Assembly: GCF_006345805.1 (NCBI RefSeq)
Contig: NW_021834310.1
Span: 40,595 to 104,594 of the forward strand
Source of the DNA: Octopus sinensis
Lineage: Eukaryota
DNA length: 64,000 nt
Direction of reading: 5' to 3'
Shown: positions 11,801-24,119 of the stretch, in pieces
Position numbering within the stretch: the stretch's first letter is position 1
Layout of the letters: each line of letters starts with the position of its first letter
Translations under genes and position numbers: made by a program
Notes under the pieces: model-generated
Told to the model about the DNA's origin: nothing
Databases searched by the model: none
Seen by the model: only the letters and a program-made list of their open reading frames with translations

Positions 11801-12332
11801 TTTGTAATTTTGTTTATTAGCTTTTGTAATAAAATTATTTATATTTTTCTAAAATATTAAAAATATTCAAATTTTTGTAATATTGAACAAATTAGTAAGT
11901 TTAATCAATTAATCGATTTTCTATATTTCCTTCCGAAAAAATAGTATTTTAGTCAATATCTTAAATTCTAGAATTTATACAAAAAGCAATTAGAACATTT
12001 TAATTTTAGAAAAATAAAATAAATATTTAAAGTACCAAAAAATGTTCAAAAATTAAATAAATATTTCAAAAAATATTTCAAAATGAGTAAAAGAAGAAAT
12101 TATAGGAATAAATTCGAAAAATATCACAAAATGATGAAATTTCAAATAATTTAATCATTAAAAGAAACTGCATCTCGAAATATTCCTACTAAATCCAATT
12201 ACATAAAAATTCAAAAAAAAAGTTAACTACATAAAAAGCATCACAAGGTGAATCAACTGCGAGCTCACACGTGGAATAATTTATTGGGTTTACCATTAAA
12301 AATTAGGATAATTAAACAATAATTAATAAAAA

Positions 12333-12913
12333 CTGTTGACCCTTTCGGTCTGCACCCTTTACCGTGCAGGAGGAGTGCCGGACGTTTCCCGAGGCACTCT
12401 GCCATGAATGACATCATACGGAGGGCCCTCGACTCGGCGGGATTTCCTTTGGTCCTCGAACCACCGGGCCTTGACCGCGGCGATGGGAAACGCCCTGACG
12501 GGATGATCCTTTTCTCCTTTGAAGGCGGAAAAGGCCTTGTTTGGGACGCAACCTGCTGCGACACCTTTTCTGCTTCTCACTTAACTTCGTGTGCCCTGGA
12601 GGCCAATCTACAGCTAAGAAGGCTGAAGATTTAAAGCTTTTAAAATATTCTGCCCTCTCGGAGAAGTTTTCGTGGTGCCTATCGCGGCGGAGACGTCGGG
12701 TGCTCTCGGTCCAAAAACTGAAAAGTTCCTTCGCAAGCTCGGAGCCAAAATCTCAATGCGCACCCATAATCCTCGGGAGGCGAACTGGCTAATGCAACGG
12801 CTCTCGATTGCCATTATCCGGGAAAACAGTTTGGCAATCCGCCAGGCTACATATCCACCATAAACATAAAACTAATCTTTTAGCATCTTAATGTTCCGAT
12901 ACTTTAAAAATAA
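12333..12913 (+). mobile_element. Duplicate of the 5'-truncated CRE (frameshifted)
   Basis: Near-identical to 4627-5209, with the same TSD. Confidence 0.85.
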
Positions 12914-12990
12914 AATTAATAAAAAATAAACCATATTCTAATTACAACATTACCACAGTAATTCTGCAAATTTCGCAAAGAACTGCAGAG

Positions 12991-13690
12991 TCAGACACTT
13001 GGTTAATGTACCTATTGTATTAACATGCGATGGGCTGGTTACTCAAAAATTCCTACAATCTGCACGTTTGGATCGATCAGGCCTTTTTGGGAGGTCATCA
13101 GAATCTCTATAAGCAGATTGTGCTCCTCATGTCCGCCTCGTTATTCTGGACTTTCGTATTTGTATTTATTGTTGTATCGATACGAATCTTCACAGAGTAA
13201 TTCACACTCTTAGACTAAAAGAATAAATTTTCAACCTTCGATTTCGTAATTCCATAGTACCTGCACAACATAGTTTACTGTGTCCTTGTAAATAGTCACT
13301 ATTTAGCATTCGATCACACTTTGTCGCCAAATGATCAACCGTCTTCTTGACTGAGTTACGGTGACTGCACATTATTCCGGCATTATAAACAAATAGAATA
13401 CTTTTCTGTATAAAGCAGAGAGCCTTCACTGTTATCGGTAAGTTTTTTCTATGCAATAACCAACTGGAGGATTAACAACATCTACGTTTAGATCATTTAA
13501 AGAATCTGAGAGTTGAATGCAATTGTTTGTTCTTTATTTGCTCCATCATGAAGTTCCTTTGCAATTCTCTCAGCATGTTTAAAAAAGATTCCCAGTTTTA
13601 TAAATTGTATATTTGCGCTTGAGGTATTCCGTGATTGTGAGGAAATAGACCACTCCCGGGCAACTATCAGACACACGCCACCAACGAAGA
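12991..13690. mobile_element. R4/Dong-like relic fragments in both orientations
   Basis: VPIVLTCDGLV on the + strand. CSHRNSVKKTVDHLATKCDRMLNSDY on the - strand. Confidence 0.75.
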
Positions 13691-14779
13691 TTCTTGTACT
13701 GGAGGACCGGTAAAAGTTTGATTTTTTATTCATGTATTGGTGATGCAAATATAAAAAGATGAAGTCGAACGTTTGTTTAAAAAATTAAATAACGCTTTCA
13801 GTTTAATAAATAATTTAAGATAGTTAATTTAAAACTTATGATTGAATGTCACATAACCTGGATTGTTACTTTATACTCGGGATATATCATCACTGAAGAC
13901 GATAGTCGGGTAATGACGAGGTTAGGATGTTAGATGGTGTCATACTTTCTGACACTGTTGTCAAAATTCACTAGGTTGTCACAACCCAATAATTGGTTTA
14001 TTTGTCGACAAATATTGGACTTGGGCTGATTTGTTCGCTCCCGTTCAGATCTCACATAGATATTCGGGAAAGATTATTTAATGTATAAAGTGTACAAAAT
14101 GGAGCATCAATGAATTCTTAGGATAAGTGCATATTTGGTTTAATGTATAAAGTGTACAAAATGGGGCACCATTGGAATTTGAATAGTGGCGTACATCAAC
14201 TCAATCAAAAAGATAACTGATATTAGAATACATACTTACTATCATTCTCTCACTGTATATGCTCTATTGGTGTTATACTCGGTCGAGTGTTCATAAGTCG
14301 TCTTACAAGACATTGTGGACAAGACCTGAGCACAATCATAACTTCATCTCCGCAAGATTCATAGACTAAATTCTTTAAAAGAGAAGAAACCTATAAAGAA
14401 AAAGATGTCCATTATCAAGGTGAACATTTACAACAAATATCCTCTCTGTTCATCTTCTCATACAACGAACACATGCAAAAGAATTTCACTTGTTTTGAAA
14501 AAAATAGTTGATCCGGCAAGGAGTTCGTAAAAATCGTAAATATCCCTTCCGCGAATGTTGATATGTCGCCCAGACAGGTCACACTTTTTTTATAAAAAGA
14601 ACAAGACAGAAAGAGAACATGTTACTAAGGAACTAACTAATCCAAAAAATCATGTGTCTCTTCTGCTTCATCTTGTTCTCCCTTCCCCTTTTTTTGTTGT
14701 ATGGCCAATTAAGACATCCGGTTGATTGATTTTTTTCATTAAAAAATTATTGACAGTTCGTTTACGGATCGTATTTAAC

Positions 14780-16030
14780 CGAGCACATTAAAGAAATTTA
14801 TTCATAATAGATTCCTTTGCTCTTTGTATTAATAAAGATTCCTCTTCTATGCCATTGCAAATATTTAAGATTTCTGTTACATTTTTTGCATAATAGCAGA
14901 ATTTAACCGACTGCCCCATTTAGTAACATTGGGCTTGGGTGGATTCCCAATTTCTGTAAATAATTGACGTCGTGAATTATTTTTACAAGTGCTTTGACGC
15001 ACGATATTAATTTACAGTCCTATGAATTTTTAGCAGTCACTAAATTTTGACCCATGCATATGTTCCGGACCAGTGATTAACAGCATCAAAAAACAACTTT
15101 ATTCAATGAAAATATCTTATTTGAAAAAATAATTAATAATTAATTCCACCTCCTTTATTCTTTACAACATCGATCATCCTATTTGGAAGTGATTTATAGA
15201 GATTTTCTATATGAGCATCTTCTATTTTATCCCATTTTGTTTTTGTAATTTCCAGAGTTCCTGGAGATCTTCTGGTTCTTTTTACATATTCTTTGTTTAA
15301 GAATATAGGAGAGGTTTTCAATAATGTTTAAATGTACATCAGAAATATGTAAATAAATTTTTTTCATATTAACATTGAGTTTGAGGATGCCGTCATCAAT
15401 AATATGAAATATAATCGCGGAATTGGGAGCTGTATTAATTGCAATACAATTAATTAAAAATCTTTTATTAATTCTTTGACGTTCCAATAAGAAACTTAAT
15501 ATACTTCTCTATTCTATGACCATCTTCGTCAATTATTAAAACAATTTGTTCACTTGAAACTGTTAATAATTTGTGAAACCATTCTTTCATCGAGAAATGT
15601 AACAGTGTCTCAGCATTTGGTTTCCGAAGGAACAGAATGTCCATATTTATTTTAGAAAATTGGTGAATTTCGTAACTTATGAAGTGAAATGTTTGCTGAT
15701 GAAAATGTATTTACAAGATCCATGAAAAAAAAACAGCAGTAACGTCATTTTTACTGTGAGTATCCATAATATTATTCGTGTTTGGGATTCTCAGAATATG
15801 ATTTTTGGAATGTCTATGCTTATCGATAAATCATTTCCTATTAGCAGTTACGTAAGAATTACATAATTTGCGGAATAAATTTCCATCCAATGAAGATGAA
15901 ACTCCTTAGATATTTATTAACAATAGAAGAAATTTGCTTAGTGATAGAACCCTGTTTTTAGGCATTGTAAAAAGCAATAAACAAAATTTAAATTTAACTT
16001 GTTTCCAATATTTTCTTTTTTGTTGGTGTC
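14780..16030 (-). mobile_element. Fragments of hAT family B interleaved with a Tc1 3' end (about 15010-15320)
   Basis: Nucleotide similarity to 52760-53220 and 59300-59610. ORF 15133-15321 reads KWDKI...IENLYKSLPNRMIDVVKNKGGGINY, a Tc1 C-terminus. Confidence 0.7.
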
Positions 16031-16499
16031 CCTGCGTAAACACGATAAACCAAGAGAATCTTCAACATCTTTCTTACCAACGCAACCCCGGTTGCTTTGC
16101 TACAATCAGAAGGCCTTGGTTTGGACCATGCAATTGTCGGACTTTACAAGCACAGATGTCCTCTAAATTATCCTTAAATTTTCCTTTGTATTTTAGGAGT
16201 TTATTTCCTGAACTCTTTTGGCATACCCCAATTTGACATTCAGTCTTTCAGAAGTTTTGAAATATAATTCAAATTCAAATAAAGGGGATACAGTCCTGTA
16301 CATTTTGTTTGTTTAATTGATCTTATTTTTCTATTTTTTAAGTATGTAGAGTTCTATCCCCTAAAAGTGAATGTCACAATTTAACAAAAGTATCCGATCA
16401 GGAATAAAGCAACAAAAACTTTAAAAGCCTATCAATTAGACATTCCATATGTCCATACACGGCGCAGATACTCCAGTTTAGGGATTGGTTTTTGATAAT

Positions 16500-17583
16500 C
16501 AAGTTTTCTCATTGTCGCTTTCACCTATTTGTTAATCGCCTTGCATATATAATTCTCAAAGTCACAAATAAAGATAATTAATAGTTTAGTTTTCGTTTTC
16601 GTAATTCGTAGTATTTTGTTACATTTTTCACCCACTTTCAGTGCACGGATGGACAGATTCATGTCAACGCGCAGTCTAGATTCAGTGGCTACCTCCTTAA
16701 CAGACATTGAAAACCCGTGCCTTGTCTCGGCTTGCATGCTTTCTAAGGTCTTTCGCAGCACCAGTGTCTGAATCTATGCCTTCGCACTTTCTTCCACGAC
16801 AAGCGCCTTTAGACGGGTTTTAAAGAATTTTGACATAATTTCGTCCAAGGTCATAACGACAGAGACGATCTTCACTTTTGCACGGTGAATCGCTTCCAGT
16901 TCATTTGCCAGCAAGTCATATTTGTAGAACTTTTCAACTTCGACTTGACTTGTCAAGTTGTAGTGGCTGCATTTATTCTCTCCGTTATTGAAAAACAAAT
17001 TTCGGTCTTGCAGTAGGGACAGGCTTGCATTAATCGGGGGAATTGTTTCCATGGGTTAACAACCCGCAAGCATAATTAACATCAACTTCAGTATTCTTTA
17101 TGCATTGGAACAAAATAGATTGGAAAGGCTTCTTTTCGATTTTTCCCATCAATATTCGCGTTGAATTTTCAGCAGGTCCCATACTGTCATTTCATTTACA
17201 TTTTCATTGTATTCTCAGGATAAGAATTCCACGGTAGTGGCCATATGTGTTTTCTTTGGATTAATGGACGCAGAATTTCTGTTCTTTTTAGGCAGTAGTT
17301 TGCCTTATGTTTCAAATCACCATAAAATTGAAGAAGCATTCTCTCCGCTTTATTGCTAACTGACTCCAGGTCACTCCCAAATTCCTTTCTTGAAAGATAA
17401 AGTCTTTTTTGCCGGTTTCAAGTGGATATTTTTGTCCATAAAATTCAACTGATATTCTTATCAATCTGATCAAACTCTCATGGCTCGAGGACCTTATTCA
17501 TCGAGCCCATCGAGTAAGCCAACTTTCATAGACAGACTTGACATTCGTCGCAGATTTTTCAACGTTTTTTTCCAACCCAGCTA
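16500..17583 (-). mobile_element. Collapsed R4/Dong-like relic
   Basis: LRKTLESM, KYDLLANEL, QDRNLFF and AGLEKNVEKSATN all match segments of the 1171 aa ORF. Confidence 0.75.
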
Positions 17584-18078
17584 CAGTGGGGCAAATAAGT
17601 CATGGCACATCTATCATTTTTTTTAATTCAATATATTTTTACAATGATAACTTTTTCGATTTAGTTCATCATGCTACACAATAAAATCTTGCATTCTTTT
17701 GAACCCATTTCGTGCTAATTATATTCATGAATTTCAAATAAATATAATTGTTTTTGCTTCATATCTAGAAAAACGTCAAATTTGATGTGTAAAAAAGTGA
17801 TGACACTATCAAAAAATATGGATTTTTTTTGACAATAAGATACAAATGTTTTGGAATGGCCAAGTCAATCGCCAGACCTGAATCCCATCGAAAACTTATG
17901 GAAAATATTAAAAATAAAAGTTGGCTTAAGAAAACCAAAAAATATCCAGGAATTAAAAACAATTTGCTACGAAGAATGGAAAAATATTTCTAGAGTAGAA
18001 TGTCAAAAACTAATTTTTTCTTACAAAAAACGATTGGAAGCAGTTCTGCTAGCAAAAGGGAATGCAACTAAATATTAA
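17584..18078 (+). mobile_element. Internally deleted Tc1-like element
   Basis: TA followed by a CAGTGGGGCAAATAAGT TIR at 17584. WPSQSPDLNPIENLW...AKGNATKY* at 17851-18078. Confidence 0.85.
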
Positions 18079-18079
18079 T

Positions 18080-19720
18080 TGGGTTCTTCGTGGTGGCAAT
18101 GTACGAGCACATATCCTCAGATGTTCTCCGACAGGTCATTTATTGGGTTACCAACACGTTGGCCTCCTCTGTATTTGATCGTGCACTGACATTGAACGAC
18201 GACCCGTCCACTCCGGGGAGAGTGAGTGACTGTCCTCTCCCCCCGGAACTCAACTCCTATGAGGGGGACGCCTACATGTTCATTCAGGTCACTTTTGGCT
18301 TTATCTCAGGACTTGTGTGCAGTGGCCGGAGGAGACAAATCCAAGTGGATTCAGAAAATGGGGGCATGGCCCTTTCTATTGAACTAATTATTTCAGTATT
18401 GAAACAACAAGCTGTTTAGCACGGTTGGGGTGTTACATCATTTCAAAAGAGGTTTCCGAGACCTGGCTAGGACACAGGTCTGCTCGGTCGTCGTCCAACT
18501 CTTGTCCCACGGCCGTACATTTGAAAATCAATATTTGCACGTGTCCTTTTCGGCAAGACAACAATTGATGAAATTGGTATTCCTACTAGTCAGGACATTT
18601 GACTTTCTGGTTTGGACACGTTTTGATGTGGTAGGCACTGGAGAGACATATCATTGCCTGTCTTCTGTCTAAACTGGTCCTCATGGGAGACCGGAACGTC
18701 TTCTTTTATTCTCTAGCCGCAGAGACCCTGTAGGCTTTCCTTGAGGATGCCTTTGTTAGAAGGTTTAGTTGGCGAGAGAGTGGCAGGGCGGTGGAGTTGG
18801 AGGACAGTGAGAGGAGGTCCTGCTACTTTATGACCATCAAAGTGAGTCTGAGTATTCTGTTGGAGTGAATCCATTTTGTGGAGTCAAAATTACGGAATTG
18901 CGGAATTTTATGACCAGATGGGATTCCGTGTCGGAAACGTGTTTTATCCTCTCATTAGACTGGTCTACATGGACGGGTGTTCAGTGCACTGGTAGGTGAC
19001 CCTTCTAATCGTCCAGTGTCAATATGGGGGAGGCGGAGCCACCCTCGGTTACTCCTGCACATGTGCTAAATCTGATCTATGACCAGGTGGAGGACATGTT
19101 GGCCAAACTGACCCTCTTTCTGGACACGTTGGGAGGTCCTCTGCTCATTTCTCTTGTTTTGGAGGACATTGTGAAATCCCTCAGTCTGTTTATGATATCC
19201 TGGTGGCCTCTCGTTATTATTTGTAGTACTCCCAAATGAATACTTTCTTTCTTTGGTGGAGAAAGTTGTGCGAGAGTGGAATATGCGGGGACTGGAGTGT
19301 CACGGGAGTGTTATCCTACGACAATGTGCACACGTATTTGGAGAACTGTACTGGTTGCTCTCGACTGTGTATGAAGATGTCTATGGAAGTACTCATAGTG
19401 TGGTCCCATTCCCTTGTACATTCATAGGAACGTCGTAAAAGGGAAATGGCAGAACAGGTCCTCATTCGATTGGTTTCCGAGGGAGGATTGGAGGCTGGGT
19501 GGGGTCCTCTCGTGTTGTGTTTTAATGTGGGTGTGTTTGTTATTCCCAGAACATGGCCATTTTGCGTGGAATGACAACTTCACTGCAGTCATGGATGTGC
19601 TCTCCACTTCCAACTGCAGTGCCTGTGAAGGACCCTCCTTCGAGATTGTGTGGGACAAGATGTGTCTGATCCTCGGACTATACCGATATATCAGGTTGTT
19701 CGCTCTGTGAAACGTTACCT
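18080..19720 (-). other. GC-richer decayed coding-like relic, possibly a LINE
   Basis: Clear jump in GC content and stop-riddled frames. Only a weak SGLP*GPV match to the RT SGVPQGSV motif. Confidence 0.3.
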
Positions 19721-19999
19721 GAGTGCCAACCTACGAATAAATTGAAAAGAAAGGCCAGTGAGAACGTGACTGTTCTCCAAAATATTTTGAATTTAGAAAT
19801 CAGTTTTGCTTTGAAAAGTGATGAGTTTGTTGGTCTTGAAAGTAAAAATACACATATAACTACGATTGTAAAATTTCGGGCTCTCAGATACCATTTTGAT
19901 GTCTACATTGAAAAAAAAGGATACAAACCTTCATTCTTTTAAATTTTTTTATCCCAAAGATTTTCATTATTTAAAAATTAGAAACAATAATTTGATTAG

Positions 20000-20830
20000 T
20001 TAATAAGACGCTCGGACAGCCTGGCGAATAGCAATGTCATTCCCACAAATACAGCGATCGACAAACGTTCCAAGAGCCAAAATGATTCTCTGGAATCGTT
20101 TTTTATCATTGATATCCGTCAACCAAGCGAGCGACGGAAGAGGCGCGTCTTGGGGCCAAAGATCCCCGAAGACTCCAAGGAGTAAAAGAAGCGAATTCGA
20201 GAGGTGGCCTTACTTAAGAATCTTGCAATCCTCGGTCAGCCTCGAAGCGTGCCCAGGATCAAAGCGCGGAAGTGCGCGATTTCAGTCGGTGTCTGAGCAG
20301 GTGAAGTCCCGAATACGAGATTTCCCCTGCTCGTAAGGGAAGGGGACATTTGAGCTTTTTCCGTCTTCTCTATCCAGCTCCACCGGCTCAAAGATTGACG
20401 GGACACCCACAGAAACAAAACCTCTCTGTATGATTGCGTTGAGTTCACTGTGGCGAGCAGCTGACCGGCACTCCGACAGCAAGCGAGAGGGTGCAAATCG
20501 TACTCTTAACAGTTCCCACACAAAGGCATTTGTGCGCCTGTAAGATCTTCACCCAGACACGGAGGGAGATTGCGATCCTTAAGCAATCCTTGTCCACCAG
20601 ATCAAGATGGAAGCCAAAGGGAGAGCTTTTAATCAAACACTGCGGAGATCGTCGAAGACCAGATTGCAGCGTGAGCTCGTAAAGATCCTAAGAACAAGGT
20701 CAAAGTCGGAGAGAAGGTCATTTCAGTAAAAATACGGTGTATATCTAAACGTGTAAAAGGTCTTGGGGCAGAAAAGTAGTTTCGGAGGAGGAAAAGAGCC
20801 AAATTAGGCTCGATGTCTTTAAGCTCCTCG
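20000..20830 (-). mobile_element. Degenerate CRE element
   Basis: ALFLLRNYFSAPR, RIAISLRV, RHSELNAII...EPVELDREDGK...DFTCSDT. Confidence 0.8.
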
Positions 20831-21661
20831 ATCATTTTAGATATATTTGAGATTTTTCAAGATAGTGAGCCTTCAAAGGCAGAAGGACACATGAAAAAAG
20901 AGAATACTAAGATTTGGTTTGACTGTAATTTGAAAGTGGGAAAGAATCTTTCGGAACAAAAAGGATAACCGTGGAACATAAAGATGTTAACGAAGTAAGA
21001 TAATTTAAAAAAGCAAAACTGCTCAGAAACTCTACATAACCTCCAATCAACAGGAACAATCGTCCAAACGTTCAAAGAAGAACGTCAAGTCACGCTTAAG
21101 CAATGCAAAGTATATAACATCATCACAGCTTTATGTAAGAACAATTTTGATGAACGTTCTCTCAGGGCAAATTTTAGAAATGATCCTAAGAAGACTAGCT
21201 TTAAAATTGATGATGAAAAACAATTTCTATGAACGTTCTCTCAAAGCAAATTTTAGAAATGATCCCTAGAAGTATAGCTTTAAAATTACGCAGAAGAAGA
21301 AAAATTTTTATTTAAAAAGAGGCTGTTAGTAGAGAATAGATAAGGACCTTTGACATTCCTGCCTTTTTAGTCCCGGACACACGCTCACTTCTCAGCCGCA
21401 AACTAAGACTTACCGCCTTACCTGGTACCCAGACATTATCTTCTCTAGGACCTTAGATAGACCTTTGAAGGACAATTCCTGGGTTTCCGAGTGCTCCTCT
21501 CGCCATCCTTAGCCATGGGCTAGCCGGCTAGCTTGTCTTCTGACTTTCTTGAGTGCGCTAATTAAATTGATAACGCGTTTCGTCTTTTCATATTTAAGTA
21601 TAAAAATTGACAGCAGGCAAATTAGTTTATTAAATTAGTTCATTAAATTACGAATACTCGA

Positions 21662-22101
21662 ATGAAAGTAGTCATTACTGGTTCCAAAAGGTAATGTCTC
21701 TTGTCTACTGTAGTGGAATGGGCTACTCCACTGATATAAACTCTTAGTGGGAAGTGATCCTTCCCGCCATCTCATCATTGCCTGTAGAAATGTACAGAAA
21801 GGCTTGGAAGCCGTCAGTTCTCTCAGACAAAACAACCAACATGTCAAAAAAGCCTGTCCTCATAGACATGGTCTCCCGACTGTCCATTTTCAGGGGTGTG
21901 AATTATATTAAAACACAGTACTCATTCCCCACAGCCAGAAAAAACCATCTGGACGGGCTTATATCCAATGAAGAAACCACGGGCACGTGTCACGTGGTCT
22001 GGAGTCATTGCATAAAAAACTTATTTTCACCGTATTCTGCCCTAAAAAAGTCCAGAAACGTGTTTGATATGTTTTCGACAAGCAAACGACTGTTCTGTTA
22101 A
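21662..22101 (+). pseudogene. Short-chain dehydrogenase/reductase (SDR) 5' part with a 23 nt intron (21691-21713)
   Basis: The spliced sequence reads MKVVITGSKSGMGYS (TGxxxGxG), then HLIIACRNVQKGLEAV and HLDGLISN. Frameshifted. Confidence 0.8.
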
Positions 22102-23362
22102 CAGACTGGGTTCATAGCTTGTAGTCTGGAGATCCCGCCAGGAGAGAGAGAGTTTAAAATATATTGAAATTCTTGTTGAATTATTGGATAGTTTGGCATG
22201 ATTTGATTGTTTTAATTTTATTACTTTGTATGTGAAATAAGAGTGTAATTAACATATCGTGTCATTAAAGAAAAGGCAGCAGAATCTAGTGAAATTAATT
22301 CAGAGCTTAATGTTTTTCGTCAAAATAATAAACCAAATTAATCCTTCTTCGAATCTTCGTTATTTTAAATAGATTTCTTGTTAAGAAATAAATTGAAAAT
22401 TTATTTGAATTATCATCATGTAATTTGAAAAAGTAAAACGTTTCGTAGTGAAATTGGCTTACGGAGACAACTTGAGGAAGTTTTGAAAACTCTCAAAGTA
22501 TCCTCTGCGCCCACAATCCCGATGATCCTGAAGGAAATCTGTATTTGATCACTATAATGGCGTGTACACTGAAAGAGTGACTTCGGTGCTTTGTTTTTAT
22601 CTTTCGTTAACGATTTCTCCTTTTTCGTAGATTTTGTTTTTTGGACAATAAAAACAATTCTATTCCAAGGATTTTTAAAAATCAAGTTAAATAATCAATT
22701 ATCGAATTATAACTTATATATTTTCTAAAAATATTATTTTTTGAAATGAATAAAAATATCGAATTATTATCAATAGCGTGTTCTGCACGCTTTCCTGTTG
22801 TTGTGTGTTTTGTTTTTGTACGTTGATTATTACTTTTATTCAAATTTTTAAAGTATAATTTTCTATTTGCATTTTATTGCTGATTAAATATTTGTACATG
22901 TAGAATACCTTGAAAAAAGTTATTTTACAAGTTAATTGTGGCTATTGCCTCACTAGTTTAATCTCAATTTAATGCATCTTTTTTAATTGATTTTTTTCTC
23001 TATGTATATATTCATTTTTATTGATATTTCATGATTTATCAACTTATTGTATTTTTCTTTGATCAAAATTTGATTAAATCTGTAAAATATTACTTTTTAA
23101 TCTCTTTATTATTCACAATTCTTAAATCTTTGTAAATTATTATTATTGTAATTTGAATCATTATTGTTATATTTTTTTTCTAGATTTTTTTAAACTGAAC
23201 ACGAATTTAATTATTGTTATATTATTTTTATAAATTATTATGTCACAGGCTTAGTGTGTACCGAGCCTAGGTGGTTATACTTTGGACTTTTTTTTAGACT
23301 TGGAAAAAAATTCAAAAAAATATTTGAATTCTATTTCAAAATCTATTTTGTCAAGATAAATG

Positions 23363-24076
23363 TTATAAAATGACCTCGGGGACGAAAGATGCCAAGGAGA
23401 CATTTCGTAACCGTTAATCGCGTAAGCATGCTCGAGACATTTCAAGAGACAAAGGTCGTCTACAGGCGGATTATACCAACAGGGAGGAACGGCGACCGTA
23501 AAGTCTAACGTATCAGGCTGTTTAGAAGGCTCTAATGACTTAGGGGACAAATCTATCGTAATGAGGTAACGGGACTTCTGCGCAGAATCTTTTCTTGTGC
23601 GATAATCAAAGCACCCTTTGAGATATTAAGCGCATCGCACATTACCTCTACGGATCTTTCTTATTTCTATGTCTCCGAATTTTGCTTTCATATCGAAGGT
23701 ATAGTTCATTAGAAAAATTGCAAGGCTTGACGTAACCAAATCCTGGTTGAAATCAACCATTCGATTAAGAGTGTTTATAATTGCACGCTCGTTTTTAGTG
23801 TATTATATTTCAACTCTACCAAGAACGGCCGATACTCACGGGCGAATGTCCCAACCTCCATCTTCACATTCATATTGAGTAGTATTGGCCCGGCTCCCAT
23901 ATATATTTTCTGGTATTCAGGATTTTCCCATCTTCAGGGTTTGGCTTCAAGAATTCTCCGAGAGGTATAGTTCTTGGTTTATTTTCTTCACCTTCCTTTA
24001 GGCATTGTACTTTCATTATTTGCTGATATTCCACATCTCCTATCGATTCACGCATTTCTTCTTGAAAATTTTTCAT
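23363..24076 (-). pseudogene. Orphan gene, copy 1 (indels)
   Basis: Duplicate of 44180-44897. Confidence 0.55.
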
Positions 24077-24119
24077 TTATATTTTCACAAACTCTTTATA
24101 CAACTTCGAGGTAATTAGT

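Larger units (their letters stand above)
7625..13893 (+). repeat. Segmental duplication unit 1b (ETS locus, with RTE insertion)
   Basis: Starts with TTAATTAGCTATTTTG as at 2872 and ends with ATCATCAC as at 5778. Confidence 0.95.

Noticed and set aside
21135-21290. 79 bp two-unit direct repeat
   Set aside because: It is a simple local duplication with no further structure.
21360-21600. GC-rich stretch considered as an rRNA or structured RNA fragment
   Set aside because: No recognisable rRNA motifs. The - strand gives LSKVLEKIM, which resembles a LINE RT motif.
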